From the IMG/VR virus record IMGVR_UViG_3300032069_000014, positions 1-55,578 of that record: a stretch of 55,578 nucleotides of DNA. One strand, written 5' to 3'. Position 1 is the stretch's first letter; each line of letters starts with the position of its first letter. This stretch comes from a virus. Taxonomy: Duplodnaviria > Caudoviricetes. The notes below the pieces were generated by a model. That model did not search any database. It was not told the origin of the DNA and worked only from the letters and a program-made list of their open reading frames with translations. A program made the translations under genes and the position numbers. Of this stretch, positions 46,285-55,456 are shown one piece after another.

Positions 46285-46858
46285 CTACGAGGACGGAGGA
46301 CTGGGCTATGCTATTTTAGAAAGCCCAGAGAAGTTACTGCTGTGGGGTACTACTCACTCTGACGCACCTAAAGATGCGCCTTTCGAGCAAAAGGTCGCTG
46401 CAGCGCTTGTTGTGCTAGAGAGAGATATCCTGCACTGTGGATTGATGGGTGAAAGAGGACGGCTCGTCATAGAGATGCCGGAGGTTTGGGGCGGGTTCAA
46501 AGCAGCGATGAGTACAAAAACCGGAGTGTTACATAAGCTGTTCTTTTTCGTCGGGGCTTTATGGCAATGGGGGCGGGAGCGACAACTTAGTCCGGTACTA
46601 ATCCCTGTACGAGAATGGAAAGGACAATTACCGAAGGAAGTAACAAGAAAAAGAGTCGAGGACACGTTCGGCATCAAAACCAAAAATACACACGAAGCAG
46701 ATGCGATTGGTCTAGGTTTATACTATCTAAAAAAGGCGACACAGAATGACAACACAGGAATTCTTCAAGGAGCTTCCCGGATGCAACCTCTGCAAGGAGC
46801 GAGCACTCGTTCAGAGCTGTCTGCGAGCAAAAGGGGAACCCGTCCCAGCGAAAGGTAA
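46259..46858 (+). CDS. RuvC-like Holliday junction resolvase
   Basis: IIAIDPS..G.A, LVIE.P, P..WKG, HEADAIG. Confidence 0.8.
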   Translation: MKIIAIDPSYEDGGLGYAILESPEKLLLWGTTHSDAPKDAPFEQKVAAALVVLERDILHCGLMGERGRLVIEMPEVWGGFKAAMSTKTGVLHKLFFFVGALWQWGRERQLSPVLIPVREWKGQLPKEVTRKRVEDTFGIKTKNTHEADAIGLGLYYLKKATQNDNTGILQGASRMQPLQGASTRSELSASKRGTRPSER

Positions 46859-47348
46859 CTTCAATGCTCGGGCAGTACTTATAGGCCGTAATCCAGGAGC
46901 GACCGAAGCACGCGAGCTAGTGCCTTTTTGCGGCGCAGCAGGAGACCAACTTAATGTAGCACTTTTTGCTGCGGGGATAAAACGGGCAGAATGTTATGTT
47001 ACGAACGTGGTGAAATGTTTTACTCCTACTGGTGTTTCGCCTAGTATCGCTTGCCGCAGGAGATGCGTCGGCCGCTGGCTCGATCGCGAACTTGCCCAGC
47101 TTGAGGAGCTAAAGCTGATCGTTACATTCGGTAACGAAGCCTTACAGTATTTCGATACCGAGGCAACTGTAGGGCAGCTCCACGGAACATCCTTTTCGGT
47201 TTACGTCAAACAAAGAACGCAGCCAACAATGTTGTTCGTAATGTTTCATCCAGCCGCTTGTCTCCACGATCCCCGAATCATAAAACGATTCGAAGAGGAT
47301 GCAAACGAATTAGGTAGAGTAGCCAAGGAACTAGGAGTAACACAATGA
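46746..47348 (+). CDS. Uracil-DNA glycosylase family 4-like
   Basis: CNLC, IGRNPG..E...PFCG.AG, YVTNVVKC, TFG..A, FHPAA. Confidence 0.85.
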   Translation: MTTQEFFKELPGCNLCKERALVQSCLRAKGEPVPAKGNFNARAVLIGRNPGATEARELVPFCGAAGDQLNVALFAAGIKRAECYVTNVVKCFTPTGVSPSIACRRRCVGRWLDRELAQLEELKLIVTFGNEALQYFDTEATVGQLHGTSFSVYVKQRTQPTMLFVMFHPAACLHDPRIIKRFEEDANELGRVAKELGVTQ

Positions 47349-48007
47349 AAATTGTACTTTTACTTTCGGGCGGACTTGATAGCACGGTACTGCTATATCA
47401 TTTATTAAGTTGTAAGCATGAAGCCATAACTCTCTCTGCTTGGTACCTACAACGTCACGCCAGAGAGTTAGACGCAGCACAGGAAATCGCTGATTCAGCT
47501 AAGGTTGAACATCACTATATGAATTTCTCAAATTTCGGGAGCATAGTAAATTCCGCTCTTACGACGCCCGAGATAGAAGTGCCTCAAGGAGACTACACAC
47601 CGGAAGTACTCAAAACCATTATAGTCCCAAATCGGAACGCATTACTTCTTAGTGCCGCTTTCGGGCTCGCTTTCACCCGAAACGCATTTGCTGTTGCGTA
47701 CGCAGCGCATAGCGGGGACCATGCGATATACCCTGACTGCAGACCCGAATTCATCTACGCTTTCGAAAAAGCTATGGAACTAGCTTGGTTCCCTGAAAAG
47801 AGAGTGAAGCTCATAGCACCTTTCGCGACTTATACGAAAACACAGATTGTTCGGCTTGGCTCTGAACTCAATGTACCTTTTGGGCTAACCTATAGCTGCT
47901 ATGTAGGTAAGAAAAAACATTGTGGGCAATGCCCAACTTGCAGAGAGAGAAGAAAAGCTTTCGCAGAAGCACATGTTCTTGATCCCACAGAATACGAGGA
48001 GAAATAA
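47345..48007 (+). CDS. queC: 7-cyano-7-deazaguanine synthase
   Basis: LSGGLDS, VPNRN, YPDCRPEF, TYSCY, HCGQCPTCRER. Confidence 0.95.
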   Translation: MKIVLLLSGGLDSTVLLYHLLSCKHEAITLSAWYLQRHARELDAAQEIADSAKVEHHYMNFSNFGSIVNSALTTPEIEVPQGDYTPEVLKTIIVPNRNALLLSAAFGLAFTRNAFAVAYAAHSGDHAIYPDCRPEFIYAFEKAMELAWFPEKRVKLIAPFATYTKTQIVRLGSELNVPFGLTYSCYVGKKKHCGQCPTCRERRKAFAEAHVLDPTEYEEK

Positions 48008-48153
48008 ATGGGTGTCGACGCACGAAGGAAGAATCGCGCCCGACCTCTTTGAGAGAACTGGTGATCACCGCGTATCCGTCGCTTTACTGGACCAGTTAGA
48101 TGAATATGCGAATTGCGCTTTCCTCTCAGAGCCCGGCAATTCCGGAGATAAAA

Positions 48154-48654
48154 ATGAAATATCTTGAACAATTTCTTCGCCATCCCCGAATATCTGAGCT
48201 TGCTCCGCATATGCGAAACATCACAGATATCGACCTTAACTTCGCAGCAGCAGAAGAAGCAGCGCGTCTCTGCAATAGAACACACAAAGCCAGAGTAATC
48301 TGCATAGGTGACGGAGCAAAAAGTATCACAGGTAACATCTTCAGAATACTCTTTCCGTATTGGATTGTATCTAGCATAGACCCGCGCGCCGAAACAAAAG
48401 CAACCTGGGTACATCGGGAGCAAGCAACTCTGCAGCATATACTATATTGGCGCGGCACGATTACTCCAGCTCTCATCGTCGCCGTTCATTCACATGCACC
48501 TCTCCCAGATACAGGAGATGCTACAATCGCGATTCCTTGCTGCGTAAAACAAACGCTACCGCGAAAATGTATAACAAAGAGGCTTCGCGGAGTGCACGGA
48601 ACAAAACACAGAACAATCAAGATTTGGCCTTCAATAGGAGTAAAGCATGGATAA
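48154..48654 (+). CDS. Putative SAM-dependent methyltransferase-like protein
   Basis: VICIGDG...SIDP...VHSHA...AIPCC Rossmann-like pattern. Confidence 0.45.
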   Translation: MKYLEQFLRHPRISELAPHMRNITDIDLNFAAAEEAARLCNRTHKARVICIGDGAKSITGNIFRILFPYWIVSSIDPRAETKATWVHREQATLQHILYWRGTITPALIVAVHSHAPLPDTGDATIAIPCCVKQTLPRKCITKRLRGVHGTKHRTIKIWPSIGVKHG

Positions 48655-48967
48655 TCGAGTAACGGTTAACATAGGTCAAACTACTATTAGGATCAACCCC
48701 AACGGAGCTTATGAGACAATCTGGTGGTATAACGGAAATTGGAGTGTTCCCACAAAGAAGTTTCAAGATAAGAAGCCAGAAGAAGTCGCTGCATACTTAG
48801 ACGAGCATCGTATCTGTAGCGACTGCGGCGAGGAGCTACCTAATAACGAAGTTGCGGGAAAACATTTTGCAGGTCACTACTGCGCGGCCTGCTGGGAAAA
48901 ATACAAAGCAAGAAACAGCCGCCGATGCGGTATCTGCGGTCGACCTCTTTACATCTGCACGTGCTAA
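48647..48967 (+). CDS. Zinc-finger protein
   Basis: CSDC, CAAC, CGIC...CTC. Confidence 0.6.
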   Translation: MDNRVTVNIGQTTIRINPNGAYETIWWYNGNWSVPTKKFQDKKPEEVAAYLDEHRICSDCGEELPNNEVAGKHFAGHYCAACWEKYKARNSRRCGICGRPLYICTC

Positions 48968-48985
48968 CAAGAAGGAGACAGCAAA

Positions 48986-49231
48986 ATGTATCTGCGCATC
49001 GCTCGGGAAGAACTAGAGTCAGCGGGCCACCTCAATATATTCGAGATCACCCCAGAAGGAAAGTTGACGATTGCTTGGGATCCTTCATTTCTTTGTGGAA
49101 CTCGACCTCTCGTCGGAGAAGACGTAGTGAAGATACTGGAGACAGAGCTAGGAAAAGACGAGACTTCACACCTGATCGAAAAGTTCGCTGATAGTCTCGG
49201 ACGCGCCGCTTTCATGAAACATGTGAGCTAA
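48986..49231 (+). CDS. Hypothetical protein
   Basis: RBS AAGGAG. Confidence 0.55.
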   Translation: MYLRIAREELESAGHLNIFEITPEGKLTIAWDPSFLCGTRPLVGEDVVKILETELGKDETSHLIEKFADSLGRAAFMKHVS

Positions 49232-49233
49232 AG

Positions 49234-49566
49234 ATGGAAGATCCTCAAATCACAGCGCTACAACGACGCTTGCAGCTACTGAGGCAATTACCCGCTGACT
49301 TTCGAGACCTTGAGCCAAGTTCACCCTCATGGATGCTCTGGTGGAATGAATATCCTATGTCGCAGGAGATGATGGCTAAATGGGCTCACGGTCCCGTGAC
49401 TCAGCTCACTTCTTTCGACAACTTCTATGATCTTGTTGACGCAATCGAAGAAGCCGAGAAACAAGGATGCTCATTCATTGAAACCACGGACGCAGCGCTG
49501 CTTGGTCTCAATAAGGTGCTGAGCTTTTTCAGCTATAATTGTCGGCTCCGGTTTCAACAAGTCTAG
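49234..49566 (+). CDS. Hypothetical protein
   Basis: Tightly packed ORF. Confidence 0.5.
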   Translation: MEDPQITALQRRLQLLRQLPADFRDLEPSSPSWMLWWNEYPMSQEMMAKWAHGPVTQLTSFDNFYDLVDAIEEAEKQGCSFIETTDAALLGLNKVLSFFSYNCRLRFQQV

Positions 49567-49577
49567 GGAGAATAGCA

Positions 49578-49790
49578 ATGTACATCAAGCTGGAAATCAA
49601 CGAACTCGACCCGACACACACAAAGATTCGCATTTTCGACGGCCCAGACAAGGATCATCTCGGTTACTGTGGGTATCTCTGTATGACGCCAGGAGGCGCC
49701 GAAAGGCTTCTGCTGGCTGTGCGGAGAGACAATAAAATAGGCGATTTTGGCGTAGTTGATTCACTAGATCGAGTAAGAGCAGCGCAGTAG
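49578..49790 (+). CDS. Hypothetical protein
   Basis: ATG at 49578 after GGGAG. Confidence 0.55.
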   Translation: MYIKLEINELDPTHTKIRIFDGPDKDHLGYCGYLCMTPGGAERLLLAVRRDNKIGDFGVVDSLDRVRAAQ

Positions 49791-49803
49791 TAGCCCTTGA
49801 GAC

Positions 49804-49848
49804 AGCAGGTGACCCACCGAAAGGTGGGTCACTTGCTATTTTTTTTTT
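49804..49848 (+). terminator. Rho-independent terminator
   Basis: AGCAGGTGACCCACC-GAAA-GGTGGGTCACTTGCT followed by T10. Confidence 0.9.
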
Positions 49849-49915
49849 ATTTGCTCATTTTTTCAAGCTACTCTTTTTTATTTACCTTTATTTTTAATTT
49901 TTTGCAAAAAAGATG

Positions 49916-49944
49916 TTGAAAAATTCATTTTTAGACCTTATAAT
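49916..49944 (+). promoter_or_regulatory. Sigma70 promoter of the primase operon
   Basis: TTGAAA-17bp-TATAAT with an AT-rich upstream region. Confidence 0.75.
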
Positions 49945-49967
49945 ATAAGAAGATAGAAAGGACTCAA

Positions 49968-50168
49968 ATGAGACCAATGGTATTCCACACACAAAAATCA
50001 AGGGTTACGAGTATCTGTGTGCAATGCAAAAGTGATCTCCCTCGCGGAGTCTCTATTGTACGCCAAGGTGCGCTCTGTTTTCATCGGGAATGCTTCGAAG
50101 AGCACCTCACAGAACAGATGATGCGATATAAACAAGCACTCGCGCAGCTAAGGAGAGAGCATGAGTGA
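49968..50168 (+). CDS. Small zinc-finger protein (CxxC...HxxC)
   Basis: CVQC...FHREC; paralogue of 33289-33483. Confidence 0.7.
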   Translation: MRPMVFHTQKSRVTSICVQCKSDLPRGVSIVRQGALCFHRECFEEHLTEQMMRYKQALAQLRREHE

Positions 50169-52305
50169 ACTTCTCAAAGCGGCGTTGGATTATGCAAAGC
50201 TTGGCTGGAAGATTATTCCCTTACACGGTGTGAGTGAAGATGGTCGTTGTCTATGCCGAGAAGGCTGTACAGGCAAAATTGTAGGCAAGAAGCCACACAT
50301 TAAAGAATGGCAGGAGAAAGCTACTACAGATGAAACAACCATTCGTTCATGGTGGAGTAAGTGGAAAGACGCTAATATAGGTATAGTCACTGGTGGACCA
50401 TTGCTCGTAGTTGATGTCGATCCAAGAAATGGAGGCAACGAGACACTCGCGGCAATCGAAAAAGAACACGGACGATTGGCTACAGCGCAGATACTCACCG
50501 GAAGCGGAGGAGCACACTATTATTTCCTCAAAGACAAAGAGAAGAGGATCAAAGGAGGCACAGGTCTCTTAGGACCAGGGATCGACATCAAGTCCGAAGG
50601 AGGATTTGTCGTCGCACCGCCAAGTCGGCATTTGAGCGGAGAAATATACAAGTGGGTCTCCGACCATCTCAAAGCACTTCCAGCATGGCTTCTCGAAGAG
50701 ATTAACAAAAAGCATACGAAGAACCCCGAAGTTCTTCCCGACCGAATTCCCGCAGGTGAAAGACATGATGTTCTCCTTAGCTACGCCGGTCGCCTCCGTC
50801 AAGCAGGTCTTACATACGATGAGATCTCACAGAAGCTAAACGAGGCTAACACAAGGTGTGTTCCGCCCTGCTCGTTATCTGAGGTTGACGAAATCGCGCA
50901 GAGCATCATGAATTATCGTGTTGCTGACTATACATTTGATGGTATCGGTAATGCTCATCGTTTTCGCGACGAACACAAGCACGTGATACGACGCTGTATA
51001 GATGAAGGGAGCTGGTACATCTGGCGCGGGAATCGTTGGCGCAGAGCATCCGATGACGAGATCACACAACTCAGTATAGCGACGATCGAACGTATACGTA
51101 CCTTCGCTTCATTATCGGGTGATCTCGAAGAGAAGATGAGAAACTGGGCGCGAGCCTGCCGCACAGAAAGACGCGTTCGCGAACTCTGCTACTTGAGCAC
51201 CGCTACAGAGGAATTTCATGTACGCTCGCCCTCTTTCAATAACGATCCATTTCTCCTCAACTGCAGTAACGGCACACTGCAGCTGAAGTCACTCCGTCTT
51301 CGTGAGCATCAACGCGAGGACCTACTGACGAAAATAACAAAAGTCCGATTCAACCCAAACGCGCACAGCGAACGCTGGGACAAGTTCCTCTATGAAGTGT
51401 GTCGCGGAAAGCAGGATCAGATTAACTACTTGCAACTCGCTGTTGGCTACTCCCTGACCGGTGTAACTGACGAGGAGAAGGTCTTTTTCATTGTTGGTCC
51501 AGGAGGCACAGGTAAAACGACATTTGTTGAAGCCATCCGACGCATTATGGGCGAATACTGCACCACGAGTAGCCCTCAGGAGTTTCTTTCTGCTACACGG
51601 AGTAGCTCCGCTCCGACACCAGGGATAGCAAAACTCGCAGGCACACGTTTAGTCATTAGTAGCGAAATACCTCACGGCGCCCGTTTAGCTGAGTGGGTAG
51701 TTAAAGCGCTCACAGGCGGTGAGGTAATAACAGCTCGGCATTTGTACAGAGAGGAGTTTGATTTCCTACCGCAATTTAAGTTGTGGATGACAATGAATGA
51801 AGCTCCTCGCTTCAACTACAAAGATAGCGGGATTAAGCGCCGAATTATCATTATTCCGTTTGAATTCACACCGCCGCAGCCTGACCCTACATTAAAACGC
51901 GCTTTTCGTATAGATCCTACTGAGCAGGAAGCCATTCTCGCTTGGGCCGCGCACGGTGCTTTGAGGTGGTGTGAGGGAGACGTTTTAAGTGAACCTGAAT
52001 GTATTATCCAAGCTACACAGTCATATCAGATGGAGCAAAATCCACTCTCGCTCTGGCTTGATGACGAAACTTCACGAGACGAGGATGCTTGGACACCCAC
52101 AAAGAAACTCCGCGAATCCTTTAATTTATGGGCGTCCCGAAAAGGAGTGCGTCTATCGGACTTCGGTTTAGTGAGCGATCGTGCTTTCGCCGATGCACTC
52201 CGGACGCTCAACTTCCGCAAGGGAAATAGTGTCGACAAGGAGTCTGGGCGTCAAGCGAATGGGTGGTCCGGTATAAGGCTTAAGACGGAGCAAGAGAGAT
52301 TTTAG
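50161..52305 (+). CDS. Primase-polymerase / P4-D5 family SF3 helicase fusion
   Basis: Prim-Pol NIGI.TG, VVDVD, TGSGGAH, GFVVAPPS; PriCT GERH; helicase GPGGTGKT, KALTGG, PQFKL. Confidence 0.93.
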   Translation: MSELLKAALDYAKLGWKIIPLHGVSEDGRCLCREGCTGKIVGKKPHIKEWQEKATTDETTIRSWWSKWKDANIGIVTGGPLLVVDVDPRNGGNETLAAIEKEHGRLATAQILTGSGGAHYYFLKDKEKRIKGGTGLLGPGIDIKSEGGFVVAPPSRHLSGEIYKWVSDHLKALPAWLLEEINKKHTKNPEVLPDRIPAGERHDVLLSYAGRLRQAGLTYDEISQKLNEANTRCVPPCSLSEVDEIAQSIMNYRVADYTFDGIGNAHRFRDEHKHVIRRCIDEGSWYIWRGNRWRRASDDEITQLSIATIERIRTFASLSGDLEEKMRNWARACRTERRVRELCYLSTATEEFHVRSPSFNNDPFLLNCSNGTLQLKSLRLREHQREDLLTKITKVRFNPNAHSERWDKFLYEVCRGKQDQINYLQLAVGYSLTGVTDEEKVFFIVGPGGTGKTTFVEAIRRIMGEYCTTSSPQEFLSATRSSSAPTPGIAKLAGTRLVISSEIPHGARLAEWVVKALTGGEVITARHLYREEFDFLPQFKLWMTMNEAPRFNYKDSGIKRRIIIIPFEFTPPQPDPTLKRAFRIDPTEQEAILAWAAHGALRWCEGDVLSEPECIIQATQSYQMEQNPLSLWLDDETSRDEDAWTPTKKLRESFNLWASRKGVRLSDFGLVSDRAFADALRTLNFRKGNSVDKESGRQANGWSGIRLKTEQERF

Positions 52306-52410
52306 GTAAAGAGTATTCTATGATCTCTAGATCCTATTGTTTAATAGATTTTTCAAAAAAATATTATAGATACATAAAACATCTAGAGATCATAGAATGA
52401 AACGAGGTAA
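52305..52410. repeat. Perfect 106-bp inverted copy of 26469-26574; candidate origin
   Basis: Exact reverse complement by manual comparison; immediately downstream of the primase-helicase stop. Confidence 0.92.
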
Positions 52411-52433
52411 CAACCTCAAAGCAGGAGCAAAAC

Positions 52434-52760
52434 ATGGAAAGAACATTGAATGAGATCCAGAAAGAAGTTAGGGATTGGGCAAACTATAATTTTGGGTATA
52501 GAGAAGATTGGCATCCACTAATGGGAGCCGTAGAGGAGATAGGCGAACTTGCTCACGCTTTTCTTAAGCGCGAGCAAGGAATTCGTCATAGTAGAGCCGA
52601 GTGCGACGCTATGATTCGAGACGCTCTTGGAGACATAATGATTTATCTTTTTGATTTCTGTGATATGCAGGGTATATCACTCTCCGACGCAGTAGAGGAG
52701 ACATGGTCGAGGGTGAAGAAGAGGGACTGGACAAAAAACCTCGTTGACGGCAGTAATTAA
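52434..52760 (+). CDS. mazG: MazG-like nucleotide pyrophosphohydrolase
   Basis: EEIGELA...DALGDIMIYL. Confidence 0.85.
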   Translation: MERTLNEIQKEVRDWANYNFGYREDWHPLMGAVEEIGELAHAFLKREQGIRHSRAECDAMIRDALGDIMIYLFDFCDMQGISLSDAVEETWSRVKKRDWTKNLVDGSN

Positions 52761-52780
52761 AAGGTTTTTTACTTTTCTTC

Positions 52781-52809
52781 TTGCAAAACGCGGCGGCGGC
52801 TTCTATAAT
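52781..52809 (+). promoter_or_regulatory. Sigma70 promoter (probably leaderless mRNA)
   Basis: TTGCAA-17bp-TATAAT; ATG 6 nt downstream at 52816. Confidence 0.75.
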
Positions 52810-52815
52810 GAATAT

Positions 52816-53274
52816 ATGGATCAGGAATCTGCAATCTACAGGAAGAAAATTGGTATTCATTGTATGTTGCCTCGCTGGCTGATCGACCTGCTACCTGTTA
52901 GCGGGTTCTGGATCAACAAACAATACATTTCGCGACGGGAGCTCCTCTGGGCGGCAGCGATTAATGGGGCACAGCGTGGAGCAGAAGCTGTAGTAGGCCA
53001 AGTAAGTTTTGAGAGCGGCTTCTTGGTAAACGTGAAGTTCCGCTCCGAGCGTGAGATAGAACTGATCCGCAACTTCGCACAAGCGCTTTACTTATCGAAA
53101 CCTGCATCGGTGCTAAGGACTGCGATAATGCTCGGCCTGCGCTTGCCTCGAGTGGAGGAGGGGGTGATGTCGCAGATCCGAACTGAGAAGTTCACTCATC
53201 GTGAGCTGCGCGATATCTGGTCCTCTGCAATCGCGTGGTTGAACGAGAATATAAAGGAAAAGGCAAGTGCCTGA
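52816..53274 (+). CDS. Hypothetical protein (possible RHH regulator)
   Basis: VNVKF...E.ELI...A......PASVLR.AI pattern. Confidence 0.55.
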   Translation: MDQESAIYRKKIGIHCMLPRWLIDLLPVSGFWINKQYISRRELLWAAAINGAQRGAEAVVGQVSFESGFLVNVKFRSEREIELIRNFAQALYLSKPASVLRTAIMLGLRLPRVEEGVMSQIRTEKFTHRELRDIWSSAIAWLNENIKEKASA

Positions 53275-53548
53275 GGAAGTAAGACATGTGAATGGTCGAA
53301 GGGCAATGCTCCAGGCGCTTGATATACTCTGGAATGAAGAAGCCAATATCCGTAAAGTCACTGCAGCGATGCAAGATCACCTCGACACCCATCCTCTCGA
53401 ACACCTTAAGCTTTTTATTTATCCGTTGCTCCCTAAAGCAGAGGGACTAAATGAAGAAAAGGGTGACGAGAGCATTCCTGAAATAAGAATAGTATCTGCG
53501 TCACCGAAATCTGATAAGGATAAGGAGATAGAAAGTGACCTTGCATAA
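53267..53548 (+). CDS. Candidate terminase small subunit
   Basis: Helical ...HPLEHLKLFIYPLLPK followed by the C-terminal strand IPEIRIV; upstream of TerL on the circular map. Confidence 0.4.
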   Translation: MPEEVRHVNGRRAMLQALDILWNEEANIRKVTAAMQDHLDTHPLEHLKLFIYPLLPKAEGLNEEKGDESIPEIRIVSASPKSDKDKEIESDLA

Positions 53549-53939
53549 TCTCTCTCGTCTCGATAATAAGCTCCGTTTCGCTTTTAACGACGAGACAAAA
53601 CAAATTCATGTTGTGAGAGTAACCTCGGGAAACGAGGAGGATCTCGGGGCCATTGGAATACCGTCCGGAATCACAGCTCTGAAGACCGAAATGATCACGA
53701 TGACCGCGGCATCGGCAACGCTTAAGAGCCTCCTGGCCGGCGGCGCATATCAGGCCGGCGTTAAACGAGTCTTCATAAAAGCCGCCGCGCCGTGGAGTTT
53801 CGCCATCGGAGCGGCTGCCGTGATGGGTGCGGTCACCCTTGACGCCGGAATCGGACATGAGATTCCATGTACGGAAGACACCGACCTGCGAGTTATCGCG
53901 GGCGGCTCCGTCGCGGCCTTTGTGGAGCAGGAGGGCTAA
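53535..53939 (+). CDS. Putative virion protein
   Basis: Beta-rich small protein at the start of the GC-rich module. Confidence 0.5.
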   Translation: MTLHNLSRLDNKLRFAFNDETKQIHVVRVTSGNEEDLGAIGIPSGITALKTEMITMTAASATLKSLLAGGAYQAGVKRVFIKAAAPWSFAIGAAAVMGAVTLDAGIGHEIPCTEDTDLRVIAGGSVAAFVEQEG

Positions 53940-53941
53940 TC

Positions 53942-55423
53942 ATGAAAACCTACTTTGGCTTGACTGACAACTGCATCACGGGGCCGATGCTGGAGCAGCG
54001 CCTGCGCACGAGCAGGCTCGATGACATGGTGCCGGAGTTTCGGGATGTCTACAACCCGGACCTTGACGGGGCGGGGACGGGAACCGGTCTTACTGCGGCG
54101 CTGGACACGGGCGTTTACAAAACGGGGGCATCTTCGCTGAAACTGACGTGCGCTGCTGAAGGCGCTGGCTATGTTTCAATCAACCTGAATAGCAGCCGGT
54201 ACGTCAAAAGCGGTATCGTAATGCGAGTACGCTGCGATCATTGGGACTACATAGAGAAGGTGTACGTGCGGCTTTACGAGGCTACTAGCGGGGCCGGTCA
54301 TCACTATGTGAGCTTGGCCGAACTCTCCGGGGGTGTGGTCTATGACCGCAATGGAATGGCGGCATATCCGTGGGAGAATGACACATGGCGGATTATCCGG
54401 CTGCCGAGGTCGCTATTCGCCGCCGACAGCAGCCCGACGGGTTGGGGGACGAGCGACAGCAACGCGGTAAAGACTGTTGCCAAGCTTTACATCAATCTGG
54501 ACGCGAGCGCCGATGGTGGGCTCAATCTATATGTGGACCGCATCTGGGAGGAACGCTGGCCGCTGCCGTGGGTCAGCATCCTAAGTGATGGGTTCTACGC
54601 GGGGTTCCGCGACTATATATGGACTCCACTGGCCGCGAACGGCCTGGCACGTGGTGTGAACGCCAGCATGCGTACAGTATCGGGCACGGGGATTTACCCG
54701 TCGTGGGCGCAGCTTCAGGCACTGTTGGACGCCGGAGGCTCTCGTGCGGTACATATGGCCACTGCTGCAGGTGGAACGTTTACTACCAGCAACACCGCCG
54801 CCGAGGTCGCCACGGCATACGCGAAGTGGTTTGCGGAGGGAGATGCAAATTTGGTGAACTGGCGGCGCGGAAAACACTTCACGCAATTCCTCGGCAATGC
54901 GGGGAAGTACAATCAGCATGATATGGCCGGGGTATTGCGAGCGTGCGGCGTCTTCTGTAGTCGAGGCACGGTTTCGGATGGGACGATGAAGTTTTCGATT
55001 GATAAGGCTATACAAAACAAGCCGCGCACGACCACCTATAGTCCACAGTCTATGCTGATCCTTGACGGTCAAGTGCCGTTCCTTGGACAGTACAACTATT
55101 CCTGCACGGGCTGGCGCGACCTTGGGGATACCTACAAGGATGACTGGACCAACCAAGGGCTTGCGATTATAGATCAGGCGCGCCGGCACGGGCTTTACCA
55201 GTTGGGATACGTCCACAACGTAGAGGTCGGGACTGTCGGCGCTGGCAATATGGGCAGCCAGTGGGCCGCAGGGTTTGTCGCGTACTTGTTGGCGTATCGA
55301 AACAGTTTTGTTTTCCTGACGCCGGAAGATGCGTGGCTTATGACCTACGGCCGCGCCGGGCCGATCTATGTTTCCAGCACGAACGAGTGGCTTAACAGAC
55401 AGGACGGCAGTCCGGTGATGTGA
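53942..55423 (+). CDS. Virion-associated protein with a divergent polysaccharide deacetylase (NodB-like) domain
   Basis: N-terminal jelly-roll (LYVDRI); VSILSDG...SWAQLQALLDAGG...H and a late YVH motif. Confidence 0.6.
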   Translation: MKTYFGLTDNCITGPMLEQRLRTSRLDDMVPEFRDVYNPDLDGAGTGTGLTAALDTGVYKTGASSLKLTCAAEGAGYVSINLNSSRYVKSGIVMRVRCDHWDYIEKVYVRLYEATSGAGHHYVSLAELSGGVVYDRNGMAAYPWENDTWRIIRLPRSLFAADSSPTGWGTSDSNAVKTVAKLYINLDASADGGLNLYVDRIWEERWPLPWVSILSDGFYAGFRDYIWTPLAANGLARGVNASMRTVSGTGIYPSWAQLQALLDAGGSRAVHMATAAGGTFTTSNTAAEVATAYAKWFAEGDANLVNWRRGKHFTQFLGNAGKYNQHDMAGVLRACGVFCSRGTVSDGTMKFSIDKAIQNKPRTTTYSPQSMLILDGQVPFLGQYNYSCTGWRDLGDTYKDDWTNQGLAIIDQARRHGLYQLGYVHNVEVGTVGAGNMGSQWAAGFVAYLLAYRNSFVFLTPEDAWLMTYGRAGPIYVSSTNEWLNRQDGSPVM

Positions 55424-55456
55424 GCCAGGCCGTGGGCCCAGAATGAGAACTGAACG

